Assembly (NCBI GenBank): GCA_027604505.1
Contig: JADIIX010000019.1
Location: forward strand, 62,001 to 126,000
Direction: 5' to 3'
Length of the DNA stretch: 64,000 nt
Source of the DNA: Gonapodya sp. JEL0774
Taxonomy: Eukaryota
Under the pieces are notes generated by a model. It did not search any database. It worked only from the letters and a program-made list of their open reading frames with translations, and was not told where the DNA came from. Below, in pieces: positions 1-14,300 of this stretch (the first letter of the stretch is position 1; each line of letters starts with the position of its first letter). A program made the translations under genes and the position numbers.

Positions 1-2381
1 CATTTCGGCACCCTTGATCCTTTTATAGGCTTCGAACTCTTCCGATCGCGGAGGTGGCGCGAAGTTGGCAGCTGGATCCAGTGCGCTCACCCGAGGTGAG
101 CTTGTGCTGCTCTTTATTGGCAAAGGTGGCAGAATTGGTGATGAAGGAACGCCATCGGTTTGCGTGCTATTTCTAGGAGAAATCGGAATATGCTGGCGGA
201 CAGGACCCATTAAAGCACTCTCCTGCCAAGTTGGAGTTAATCTCAGTACTTACACCGTCTTCCATCTTTACGGATGCGGTTTCAAAAGACAACACGGGCA
301 CGTCACTCAATGAATGTTTTGCCTGAGAATCTGCCAGGCCGTTCATACTCCCGAACTTTTTCTCGCTTTTGACAGGTGGCTTCTTTTTGTTCTTGTCAGA
401 TCCTTTGATTTCTTTCAGTCCAATCTTTGAGGGTTGTGGCCGGGCGCTCGATGGTACCTTTACCGTCAGTTCAGTGTTGGCGCACGATTTAAATTTGTAA
501 CCGTGCCCTTACCAAGCCAATAGCAAACCCCCCTTCGAGTTCCCCAACGCCTTCTTCTTTTTCCAAGTCAACGATCCCCGTTTTGATCCCTCCATTCTCA
601 TTACCTCCTGTACTGAGCGATGCGGAGGATGACTTTTCCATTGCGGTTATCTGGGTTGCTGAGGGCAACAGAGCGCCACCTGATATGCGCCCCTCTCTTG
701 CTGCCCGCTTGAGATCTTCTAATTCGACCTCTATACACTTGTAAAGATTGCGGAACTGAGCAAAACTTTCTCTGATCTGCCTTAGACTGGAGATCTGTTG
801 ATTGCCACGAGTTATCCCCACCCAGAAAGAATATGCGTCAAGTGCCCTCACTTCGAGATCTTCATTGTCGTGGTCCAAATAATTCTTGACTTGCTTTTGC
901 AGTTCGTACTTTTGACTTTCGGTCAGCGGTTCGTACTGTACATGACTCCGGTTTGCAAGCGTATCGTGCATCGAAAGTTCCTGCCTCAAATCCTTTACTT
1001 CTTTCTCGTACTTCTTTATAAGCGCCATAGGATCAGATTGAATGTTGACCGTAGGGGTATTGGTGACACACATCATGCGGCTTGCAAAGCGGAGTGTTGA
1101 GATAGTTTCTTCAATGTGCAAACGTTCGCCCCAGATGCAAGCGCTTCCATAAAAATCAATCACAATGGGCAATGTTGTAGAATCTCTGTCACCTTCATTT
1201 GCGGGAGAATTCTTACATGACAAGGGTGGTGCAGTTCCCTCCTAGAGAATCCCGAAGCACGTTCGTCAGTTTAGACTGCCGATACGGAATGTGCTCCCTC
1301 CTTTTATCGGCAAGCGCAATCACAACTTGCTCTAAGAAGGTCAAACTCTTGTTTATGTACATTGCTTCTCTGAGAGAAGTACCGGAAGTCTGAGTCTTAG
1401 AAATCCGCTCAGAACCTGCAAGGTCCACCAAATTGAGTTTTGAGTAAAGAACTTCCTCGGAGTTCTCTTGGCGAGAGCGTGCCTCGAGATAAATAGTGAA
1501 GATGCAATGAGAGCTATGCAGAAATGAGAGTGACTGACGTATGGTGGAAATGAGAACAATAAACTTACCGCGAAGAAGTTCTATTCATCTGGTGCTCAGA
1601 GATGGACTTGTTTGTTTCACCCTCGAACAAGTAATTGAGCGCATCCTCTTCGTTATTCGCTATTAGAAGGTTCAACCCTCTGACAGACGAACCCCCATTC
1701 TTATCGTCAACAACAATGAGTGGCCCCGTGCTCTCCTCGGCACCATCCACAGTAGTGAGGAGATCCACAACTTGCTCCTGGTGACTTTTTCGGTTATCGA
1801 TACTATATTGATCCACACGTTTTTGACCCAACCCACCTGATAAATCTCGAGATACGAGATTCGAGCAGTCACTGCGAGTTGTGGTTTCTCCGAGATGTCT
1901 TTAAAAATCTGCGATATGACCCGTGGTATCAAACCACGATGTTTATAATTCTCAGTTGCGCCGGTAATGGTGAACGTCTTGCCGGCGCCAGTTTGCCCGT
2001 ATGCCATGATTGTGCCTTCATCAGAACGTCACGCGAGATGCAATTGAACTGCGAGCAGTTTGACAACGTAAAGCGCCGGATATTCATACCGTTCAGACCC
2101 TGAAACATGCCTTTGACAATGGGGGCAGCACACTCGTCGTACAAAGCCTCCTGACCAATATTATGCATGGTACTGTCGAAGTGAAAGTCCCAATCCTCCA
2201 ACTGATTGTTGATATGCCCACGTTCGCCTGTGGGGTCCTTTGGTAAGTGAATTCTCACAGACTTCCCATCTGGTTGCATTTTGATCACATCAATGGCAAA
2301 ATTGTTTGTTGGACGTGTCCTAAGTACCACTCTGACGTTACGCGATTGCGCAGGTGATACTCCGTGGGACACTGCATTCAT
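1..2381 (-). CDS. KIF9: Kinesin-9 family motor (KIF9-like), multi-exon, 3' end runs off the window
   Basis: ATG at 2381 (MNAVSHG..VRVVLRTRP). P-loop AYGQTGAGKT is followed by ITGATENYKHRGLIPR, typical of KIF9. Also switch I NRTSSRSH, switch II DLAGSER, YINKSL, HIPYRQSKLT and ETISTLRFASR. GT-AG introns join the ORF fragments. Confidence 0.9.
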
Positions 2382-2893
2382 GATTAGAGCTGGATCGCAT
2401 GACGGAATAGTGATCGGTGCCCAATGCGGCGTGCCACCTGCTTTGGTCTGCCGAAAGCCAATAATAATGAATTGAATAAAATTATATCCGCACATTTTAT
2501 CATTTTTCTGGCGACGTCCCACCCCAAACCACCCCAGAATTCCTTAGTCCACTTGTGTTCAGGTGTGTTTATAAAGGGGGTCTCGAAGGAAGCAGCCACT
2601 TCAAAAATAATTAGATTAATTAAATTGAAGGTGAGTTGCAAGCTGGTCAGCCAGTCAGCATTCAACGCCAATGCAATTCAAACCTGCAAAAGAAAAAATT
2701 TACTGTCACGGACAAAAGCATTTGGAATTGTGTTCTACATCTCCCAAACCTGTCTCTGAAGCTCACAACGTCTTGAATCTTCAAAGGAGCGTGAATTACT
2801 ATATCCACATAAGCGCCAGCACCGCCAACTTCTTAATTTTCTGTTGATACACCAAGAAATGCGGCTTCTGCTATTTGCCACCATGCACGGTGA

Positions 2894-4416
2894 TCAAATT
2901 GTGTTCCAGGCCTTCCCTTGTTTGTTAGACTCATATCGAACACCCAGCTTCTCCGAGGGTTTAAATCCTTGCTTCGTAAGCCTGTCTGCAGCAATTCGTT
3001 CTTGAAATGCTTTCTAAGTTGGATAAGGAGCGCTGAGGAGGGCCACATCATAAAGACGTTCGGTTGGACATACCTTGACCTCTGTTTGAGAGTGTGGAGG
3101 GTATACCCGGTCAAATCAAACCAAATTAGTGCAAAAAAAAAAAGGCGTTATGGAAGAGAGGTTTATGGATGAAGGGCAGGAGGCACGTCACAGAACGTGG
3201 ATTGGCCGAGCTCACCCAGAATTTGTTCTTCGGATATCTCGACCTGGGGGATTACAGGCCGGCCTATCCTGAGGCTCTTCCTGTCAAATATTCAAATATC
3301 GGTTGGAACGGATGGGCTGGTTTCTGTGTCAGGCGGAAACTTACTTGAGTTGTTCCTCGTCCCGACTGAGGTTAACCTCTCCTGGCGCGGCTGGATTCGG
3401 CATCAAGCCAGTCTTTTGGGTGATTCCACTTTTGGTCTCCCACGAATTAAGGTTATAATACCTGGAGAAGGTGTGATATCGACGATGCATTGCAATCACT
3501 TGACAACAGTGAACACACTTATCATGAGGGAGCGTACAAGTCTGTGGATAGCCCGTCAATGTCTTCGTTAGTATTACTTTAGTGTAAGGGCAACTTTCAT
3601 AACACGTACGTTGTAATCCTCCATGTACTCTGCAAAATAAGTTTTGTAGTCCATAGGCTTCAGAATACCCGGATCGATGTTCTTCACTGCAGCATCGGAC
3701 GAAATGTGCTGTTCACTAGTCCAGACTCATTTGTAGAGGATTGCGCGAACCTTCAATGAGCCAAGAACGGAACTCCGCATCTTTTGCGTAAATATCGGAC
3801 GACCGGATGATGCCACGAGCTCCAAATCCCATGGGACCTTTGAGGGTGGAGTCCTTGTCCGTACTTCTCTCTTTCTTGTGCTTCCTTTCCCTTTCCTGCA
3901 AGAATCGACGGTTGAGTAATTAGAACCCACGGTAAGTGTCACGAAAAGTACCTTCTTGTGTTTCTTTTCTCTCTCTTTCTTCTTTTTCTTCCTTTCCTTT
4001 TCCTTCTTCCTGTCTTCCTTCTTTTCTCTCTTCCTTCGTTTGTGCCTGTCGTCGGAATCCTCGCTCTCGCTCTGGTCGAACCCTTTGTCCGACTGACTTT
4101 CGGAGCTCGACCACGACCGCGATCTCCTCGATTTCTTTAAAAGATTTTTGCCACTCTTAGTATGATCCTTTTGTTTGTCACTTGAGGAAGAACTGTCCCT
4201 ATTCCGTCTCCCAGTTCTGAAGCCTTCGGGTTCATCATTCACTCTACTCCCATCTTTGTCATATCCGGTCGGTTGCTCGGTGTCTTCTCGATCTCTGCTT
4301 CGACTTCTCCGTCGTTTGCGCTCCCGAGATCTGCTTCTCCCCCCGCCGTCCACATCAGATCTATCACTGTCGCGATCCACATGATTCCGTCGTCCACTGC
4401 TTCCCCTATCGTTCAT
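2894..4416 (-). CDS. Conserved uncharacterised protein with RS/K-rich low-complexity N-terminus (probable nuclear RNA-binding or splicing-associated), multi-exon
   Basis: RS- and KE-rich ORF 3727..4416. Spliced core reads FGARGIIRSSDIYAKDAEFRSWLIE-VKNIDP..YFAEYMEDYN. Last exon KAFQERIAADRLTKQGFKPSEKLGVRYE..TGA ends at 2894. Confidence 0.7.
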
Positions 4417-4538
4417 AATAACTCAGTTGGTAAGGCTTTATCGACTATGTGTTATCACCAAACGGTTGAAAAATGGCTGCTGAGAAATACACACTGCACT
4501 ATCTGCCGCAATGCTCGCACAGCTGCTCCCTCTCAATC

Positions 4539-7500
4539 ATGAGCGCATTCGACCTTTCACCACCGCTGATCAGAGTCGAGCCTCCACTAGATACCACAAC
4601 CTTATCTCCACTCTCGGCGCAATTCCATTTCTGTGTTCAGCTACTCTTCTTCACCGCTAACCCGCCGCAGACTCTCGCGGTCGATATATGGACAAATCTT
4701 GCAAAGGGTCATGACTGGGGTGCATCACCTTTGACAGAAGTTACTTCAGAGGGGCTGCAAAGGTCAAAAATCGTAGGTTTACCGTCTGGAGTCATTGTTC
4801 GGTCTTTCGAAGGGAAGATTCTTCCCTATAAGACGGGGTACGTGACTCCACTGATTCTCACCGGAAAACGCTCTAATTGATGCTTCTCTCGTCTAGCTTT
4901 CACGAATTTACTGTTCGTGTAACCTTTGACAATGGGAAAGGGGGTTCTGAATGTTGGTGGTCCAGCTCGTTCGGCAAGAATGGCAAGATTTTCGTTACGG
5001 ATGTCACGAATGGCTCCCCTCCGGTATCTCGCGTAAGAGGCATTGGTGACATTCTCCTCGGAATCGACCACGCGTGGTTCGTCCCTGAGACCAAATGGCT
5101 TGGAAGCTCTGGGATCAAATCCCCTCGGCCAAACTCGCCCCTCACACCCATTTTAACTTCGCCCACGCCAACTACATCACCATCCACTGTGTCGCCCGTA
5201 TCTTCACCGTCCTCTGTAACTTCCTCAAGTTCGTCACCTTCGACGATTGCTTCGAGTTTATCCAACGCCCCATCTCGATTGTCACGAACACCTTCTCCCT
5301 CTCCAGGAGTATCATCTCCTTCACTAGGACAATCATCTCTATCCCTATTGGACCTCCATAGTGACGAAGTGGTGTTGTCTGGCATCCTTAGATTCCCTGT
5401 AGAATCTGCTTACTGGGCTCGCCTTATCCCGGTTGGTTTGGTGAATCACTTCGGTCTCATTAGGAAGAATGCGTGGTGGCTCGAGGTGAGTAGAGATGCG
5501 ACTTTTCAGAATCGTGTGTGATTGATCAGCATAGGATGAGATATGACAACTTCGTTCATGTTTCGCAACCAGCCCAATCTATACCTGGGCTCCGACAAAC
5601 CCACCCAATTTTTTCTTTTCGAGCGTTCCGATCATCTGTTTGTGGTCCTCATTCCACTCACAGTGAATGGTGTTTCCTCAGCGATCCTTCCTCAACGTGA
5701 TTCTACAATAGGTGTTCAGGTAACTCTTGAGGAAGGTCACGATGGTCGTGCACGGATCTACGTTATGGTGGCGACCGGTTCTAGCCCAGCTCAGATTGTA
5801 TCGATAGCAATGGAGCGTGTTCGACGGTACATGATCCTTAATGCAGGTCTTGATTGGAGTTTGGCAATGGCACTTGCCAAAGTCCAGTCACCTTTGACAA
5901 TGAATGCGGACATTGCGAGGCATCCACAGTGGTATGACAGGCTCGGGGTGTGTACATGGAATATGTTCTATAAGCAGCCAACTCATGAAGGTCTGTTGCA
6001 CGAATACAGTCCGTGTGTGAATCCGATGTGACATTCCTCTGGGAAATTTTGGCTGCTCTTATCCTAGGATGTCTTTCGGCCATTGCCGCTCTTGTTCATG
6101 ATTACCAGATCCCTGTTGGCTTCCTTTTGATCGATGATGGCTACGCCCAAACCACACCAATTGAGCGACTGACATCCTTCGAACCTGACCCTCGCAAGTT
6201 CCCTCGAGGCCTCAACACCTTTGTTGAAGATGTCCGACGACGCTTTGGTGTTAAGAACTTTGGTGTATGGCATGCGCTGCAGGGATACTGGAATGGGTAA
6301 GTCTCCTTGCGGGAAATGGAAAGTGCCACCACTCTTAATTTGCATCACCCTGCGCAGTGTGGAGTGTGATTCACCTCTTGGTCGCAGATACCCTCTCCGA
6401 AACGTCAAGTCGCGACCAAATGTATGGCTCGTGGAAGGTTCTGACGTCGAACGATTTTACAACGACTTGTACGCGGACTTGAAGTCCCAGGGAATTGACT
6501 TTTTTAAGGTACAAAGCAAAAACAATCCGGTCCAGCTTCACTTGACACATGTCCTTCGTGTAAACTTTCCAGATCGACAATCAGGCGTCCTTTGATCTAT
6601 ATCTGAACGAACCGTTTTACAACAAGCAGCCCCTGTGGCGTCTGTATCAAGACGCGATTCTTCGAGTCGCTTATCCTGCTTGCATTTGGTGTATGGCACA
6701 GTCTCCATACATCACTTACTACACCTATAGTTGCGCTATTCCCATGCTGGGCAGCACACAAACGATTGGGGGACCAACCCTGGCAGGTGGCTTTCCACAA
6801 ATTCCACAAACGCCCCAGCCGTTTCCCGTCAGCCGAAGCTCAGATGACTACTACCCCGAAAAGATCGACCTCCAAGCGGGTCATGTTCTCACCAATTGCA
6901 TGAATAACATCTGGACAAGTGCTTTCGGAAACTTTCTTGCAGATTGGTGGGTCTTCCATGACATGATATCGGAAGAGACAACGCAATTCCACTGACAAAT
7001 TGTCCTCTGTGTCTACTTCAAGGGACATGTTCCAGTCAGATATTGCGTTCGGAGGTGATTTGAGCGAATCGGTCCTTTCATGACCGCATACGTACTAATC
7101 CTTGAACATTAAGCGTATCAAGCAGCGGCTCGTTCCCTTAACAATGGACCGATTTATATTTCCGACGAGCCGGCAGGCACTGATGCTGCGGTAGTTCGCC
7201 CGCTCTTTGTAGGTGCCGTCCCGGCACCTGCTTCTCGAGGGTCTACGTCAAACAACTCATCTTCTTCTCTCGATGGATCCGGTGACCACCGCGTTCTCCG
7301 ACCGCTCTTCCCTGCACTGCCTAGCAACGACAATTTCTTCTGTGATGCTCGTGATGTGCATCGTGCTCTGAAACTCTGTAACTTGAACTTTGTTCATTCG
7401 AATTTGCCGGGTGGCGATGCCTCTGTGTATGTCGCGGGATTCTTTAATGCTCGTACGGAGATAGTCGTGGACAATATCTCTTGTCACTGTATTGTCCAAG

Positions 7501-8120
7501 CTGTTGGCTGGCGGTTGAATTCTGTTAGAGAGATCGGGGACCATCAAGGGTTTGACTCTCGGCTAGCGACAACAGTTAGGTACGCAGCTTTCAGTTTCAA
7601 TCACCGGCAGGTGCGCGTGGTGGATGCACAAGAGCCGATAGTGGTGTTTCTCCGACCTGCTGACTTTGAAATCTTGAGCTTTTCGCAAGTCGTGGAGCTA
7701 ACATCGGAAAAGACGTCAGAAAGTATCGACGTGGATGCCAATCGTGTTCCACGAACGGCGGATGTCTCGTGCCTCGGTCTTGTGGACAAATACAACGGAT
7801 CTGTTGCTATTCGTTCTGTCGATGTTACTCCGACGGCGGATGGAAAGGCCGTTTTGCGATATTCGGTCACGTTGTGGGGTCGTGGCGTGACAGGCTTCTT
7901 GGTTACTCGAACGGATTGTGGATCAACCAAACGATGTGGTTCGAGTGTTCGCCTTGAGGACGACCTAACGAGTTGGTTACGAGTGACAATGGACGGCGAA
8001 ATGGTGTCTCAAGAGAGATTAGGTTCGGAAGATGATATGACTTTGCTTGTGGACGCAAGAGTAGAAGGCAGGGAGGCGGTGGGAGACGTTTGTATAGTGC
8101 TGGAAATGATAGAGCAATAA
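4539..8120 (+). CDS. Raffinose synthase / seed imbibition protein Sip1 family (GH36 alpha-galactosidase-like), multi-exon; alternative in-frame ATG at 4473
   Basis: Motifs LGVCTWN, LLIDDGY, WHALQGYWNG, GIDFFK|IDNQ (nucleophile KxD), RSSDDYYP (acid/base), DWDMFQS and GPIYISDEP. Confidence 0.9.
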
Positions 8121-8249
8121 TGGTGTACCTGGACTTGGACTTCGGTATCAAATCTGCGAAGTTTGGCATTTACAATCAATTCACGTCGGTGGTTTACAAC
8201 ATACAAGTGTGGTTAATTCATGAATATCCGCTAAAATGTACTTGAGTTG

Positions 8250-9367
<1,118 letters not shown>

Positions 9368-9475
9368 TGAAGATGTGGGTGAGGAAAAGAGGTGGGTATG
9401 TGGTGAAAAGTAGACAAATAAGCCAAAAAACCTCCCCACAGTGAGAAAAATAGTATTCCCTTCGCAACCAGGCTG

Positions 9476-11255
9476 ATGGAACCTCCCGCGTTCTCAGACA
9501 GCAAAGAGATCACACTTGGAGCCACTCGACGGAAGAGAAGAATCGATGATTCTGAGGACGCCGGCGACATTGTAGAATCTTCGATATCCGCCGGACATCT
9601 AATAAATGAACTTAAGCGACCACACATCCAGTGGGGAGCAAGTAAACCTTTGCGAAAACGACGATCTCCTGAATCGGAAATGGAGGAGCTTGATCAGAGG
9701 GGGTCAAATGCGAAAAGAAAGGGGAACGGGTTGATTTTCCCTCAGAACAGTGCTGGTCCTTCAGACAGGTTCAGAGTTTCGGAAGAGCTAATCCATCTGC
9801 CATTTGATAGGAAGACGGTAAGCTATACATCGGCAGGGGATAAGTGGAGTTGAAAGATCTGCCCGTTGGGAATTCTCACTTCAAATTTCACTTCGAAGCT
9901 CGAAGCCACTATCCAGCGCACTATCGATCGCTCGCACAGAGACGTTAACGTTTCAAATGTCCTCGAGTTTTGTGGACATTCTCTTGAATCCAATGTACCG
10001 ATGACCCCAACCGAAGAGGAAGAACCCTGTCACAACACCAGTGATCTCGGTACGAGCGCGAATAGAGTAGACACTGGATCTGTTCAATCAGCCCCTCGTG
10101 TGGATATTTTGGAAAGCATTGGCTCAGGTGCCTCAGGTGCCTCTAAATTGAAGGCGCCCGGTCTGACAGCTTCCGATGTATGCTCTCTATCGCCACCGGA
10201 TGGCGAGCAGATATCTTCTGGAGATCCTGAGCTAACGGGCCTCTCAAGACTTGCAAAGCTGTCGGCGTTTCCACAATCGTCGCAAGCAGCTGTCAGTGCT
10301 TCACCAACCTACACAACTGTCTCAATTGCCACCGAAAGCTCGAGCCCGTTGCCTGCACCTTCCGAGAATTCCGCGCGAATTTCTGCTACCAAATTTGATC
10401 GCTCTACGCAATTCCGCCTGGATGTAGCTCGCCACTCTGATGGTCCTCTTTCAATTACTACCACTCTAGGCAACTCACTTTCCGGCCCTTTCACTTCAAT
10501 GACCCGCTCCTCTGGTGGGGTCTTTGCTTTCTCTCCAGCATTCATGGAACGCATAGGAGCCTTGGAAACGTTCTTGGGGCTTAGTTCCAATGTAAAATCT
10601 GTGCCGAAAGAAGTGTGGGGACGACTACGACGGGTTGAGGATAGGCTCTTGGAAATGGAGGAAGCAGGTGTGAATGCCGGTCTTCTTGTGGGGAAGGTGC
10701 GTAAATTGGTTGTTGAAAGCGCTCGACTTGGATCTGTCTCTGCTCCCACCCCCAACACCAATCTCTACCCATACCACTCTCCCATAGCCATCCCGTCCCC
10801 GCCCCGGTGCTAGCCGACCGTCTTCTGTCTCTGCTGTCCCATCACGTCCAGGTGTGGCACTCACTCCCACGCTCCCTGTTCAGCCAAAGCGCGTGGGTAG
10901 TCCTGCAGATCCTAAGGCCGTAAGTTATCCCAATGAAATCATGAGAGGCTGTGAGCACAAACTCTGCTGTCTTCTTTAGAACCCTCGCGCTCCTACTCGA
11001 CCTTCTAGCCACATACATGGACCCACACGGCCGGCAAATACGTCTTCAAATGGCAGCAGTACGACAACTGAAACTTTGACAGGCGTCCCGACGCGGATAA
11101 TGGCAGCTACAGTATCGCAATCACAATCTCCGCGGTCAGAGAAGCGTTCTACAGCCATCTCTATTGTTCGAGCGCGGGTGGAGGAACTAAGAAAGAGAAT
11201 AGCAGATCGAGATCGGGCTACAATTGTCGAACAGAACATGTCCATACAAATTTAA
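9476..11255 (+). CDS. MBIP: MBIP (MAP3K12-binding inhibitory protein)-like protein, multi-exon
   Basis: IDRSHRDVNVSNVLEFC resembles MBIP ERKQAEINENNVREFC. ERIGALETFLGL..VPKEVWGRLRRVEDRLLEME resembles ERLQNIEAHL..VPRDIYQRIKKLEDKILELE. C-terminal helix RARVEELRKRI precedes TAA at 11253-11255. Reference motifs are from memory. Confidence 0.7.
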
Positions 11256-11381
11256 ATTATCTAATGGTTTAGTTCGCTCTTGTTGGTTTCCACCTGCTAA
11301 CGTCGGTGGGGTGACTACCAAAAATTATCCCATACGAATCACCCACGTCGTTGCAAAACTCTTTCGTGCTTTCACCGCGGT

Positions 11382-14300
11382 TCAACGCACTAGCTTTGAA
11401 TTCTGTCGAATTGGCTTCCCGGTCGAAACACTAGCTTTGATTTCTGTCGAATTGGCTTCCCGGTCTAGAGTTGCTTCATGGTGAGTTGGTCCGATAGAAG
11501 TGCTGGAAAGTTCCTCGCCAAACGTTGGTGGCGCTAAAGGAAGCCCTTCTTTTGTACTCCTCGTTGCATCTGGCCGCAAGGCGCCTGCGGCTACTGGGTC
11601 GGAACAGGGATCATACGGTTCATCTGAAGAACCCAATTTCTCTGTTTGGCTTGAAGCGAATGGGGTGGATAACCTGTGCTCTCGACGCAAAGCTTCGAGC
11701 TCATACAAAAGCCGAGGGTAGTCCCGATGAATTTTTTGAACATATGGCTCCCCTGCAAGTGCGCGCACCGTTCGAACTGCAGTTTCATTACCTTGTCGAA
11801 AAAGACAGCCTGCCCACCTCTGAACGCGACCACATCGCCATACCTCCTCCTGATTATTTCACAAAGCTCTTCACACTCCCGTGTGACTGCACGAAGGTGC
11901 CGCTGAATGCGTTCTCGCTGAAGAGACTCCTGAACTCGTGTTGCACAAGAGCCAGTCTCTCCAAACGCGAAGAAGCGACTGCCAATCAAAGGACGTTTTC
12001 GTGACAAGAAAGAACATGATCATTCGCCACGAAGACTCACGCTGGGTCCGATGCGGTCTTCTCGAAGTCGCGAAGGTCATTCAGGATGATCTCCCTTTTC
12101 GGGATAAGCTCAGACAGCGCTACCCAAACTTTAAGGGCCTGAAGACACAGAGCTACTTGAGTATCAAACATGAATGGCTTTCATTCCAACTGTACTCGTC
12201 AATACCTACCTTGTTGATCTTACTCGCATATTGTTGGGATCCATACTTAACCGCCATTTCCAGTTTCTTGCTGCGTGAAGTTTCCAAAATGTCCCACACT
12301 TCCTCCAATGCTCGCTGCGCATCAAATGAGAATGGTAGACTACTAGATGGGCGGCCGGCAGTCGAGGGACGGGAGGTTTCGAGCGAGGGGGTTGGTGAGA
12401 GGTCACGACTGGAGAAAGCACTGCCGTCACACCACAGATTGAAAGATTGGAAGATTGAGACATTCTGCGAATCTTTTGAAAATAATCTTGAAGATGACTC
12501 ACAAAGCTTCCTCCTTTTCTATTTGTACCCTGGACAGATGTTGATGGTAGCATTCCTCCCGGATTTTATCGTCTGTCTCCGTGCCCGGAATGCTCCACTC
12601 TGTCGATACTGAACGTGCCATGGATTGTCCGCTCGTGCCGCCCACAGGCCTGGATGAGTTTGATCGATTGCTCTCTTCGTCTTCAATGCGTGGATCCGTG
12701 AAGCTTTCGAAGTCTGGATCTGCTTCATTCTGACTCCGGGCTGCAGATCTAATCTTTGAGGAGTCCGAATAGTCCTCCAAGCCAAACTCTTTGGTGCAAA
12801 CGTCACCGGACGCCTCGAGTTTATCGGAGGATAGTCCGCATTCCCCCCCCCAGATCTGACCCATCGATCCGCTTCCCGTCTCATTCCGAGCAGTTCGATA
12901 TATTTCCATATCATTTATTTCGTCCACGTCGACTTGTTCGCTGGAAGAGATACGAAGCTGCGTCTCCAGTATTCCTAGTGACTGGAGAGCAAAGTCTTCA
13001 TCCCTGAGAATGGTACCTTCATATTGAGAGAGAAGGGTCAAGACACCCGGATTCCATTCACTGGAGTTGAAAGCGAGCATTTTTTTTCGTTCTGCAGCTC
13101 GATTCGCTTCAGCTTCGGCCTTCAGTCTCTGCCGCTCGCATTTCCTTGCTTTTCGACGTGCTTCCTTCGCCATATGTCTCTTTTCTGCAATCGTGAGAAC
13201 CGCCTCCTTTGGGACAAGCAACTGTCGCACGAAGTCCGTATTGATGCACTTCAGGAATTGCCAATAATGTCCAATCTCGAATCCCTGTGTCTTCTTCTTG
13301 TCTTTTACCTCGACGGGGATATATCCACCGTAGTTGAATCTTAGTCCATGATACCGCGAACTTCGCACTTTCTTCATCGCCCTCCCTCTGTCGCGGACGA
13401 AATCTGATGCGCTTATTATAGAGGGACCATCCCTTGGCATTAGCCGGATTTGGGGTCTCGGGGATTCTTCGTCCACCCGCCTTGTCAGAGCGCTTCTTAA
13501 ACTGACTGGATCTCTATGTGCCGCAAGGACAGACTGGTACGCTTCCGCAAGGTAACTGCTGCTGTTGGTTGGGACTGGGGGACAGACTTTTAAGTGATCG
13601 TCCTCAATGCAGTCGAACTGAGCTCCTTTGATCGTCTTCATGATCGCAATATAGAGCTCTTCACTTTCTTTGTTCCTTTCCAGCTCAGCGTCTGGAAAGA
13701 AGTAAACGAGGTTAAAGCTATATCTCTCCATGCATAAGTATGAATTTAAGGAGCAAACATACCAAAAGTTCGAAGAAGTGCAGCGCTCACAAAGGAGGCA
13801 TCGTCTTCCAAAAAAAGCGATGGCTCAGAAGTTAAGCTTAATGTTTCTTGCGGAATCTGCGGTGACATTCTCGAGGGTTCTGCGAGAAGGATCATCTGTG
13901 TTGCTTGTGAGTTAGTCCGAGAGGGATCCCAAACTCATGTATCTTACCTTGTCCCATCTGTCTCCCATGCTTGAGGAATACATACATGACTCAGGGTCCC
14001 CTTCCTGGACAAGGTTGACGAACAGTGATGGATGTACACCAACGATTCCCACACAAAGCATACGTACTTCGAGAGTAAGGTAGCTGCCTGTCATCTCCTC
14101 GGGAGACTCAAACTGTGAATTTGAGAGTAGCTAATTAACAAAGGGTCAGTACAAAATAATTCATTGAGCCGTGGGACAACTTTTCATTACTTGCGAATTC
14201 TGTATGTGATGCTTTCGAACTCTTGTATGCGCTGTCAGCAAAGAATCTCCATCAACAATATTTTTCCGATTTGACGTCGGTGAACTGATTGAGCTCGATA

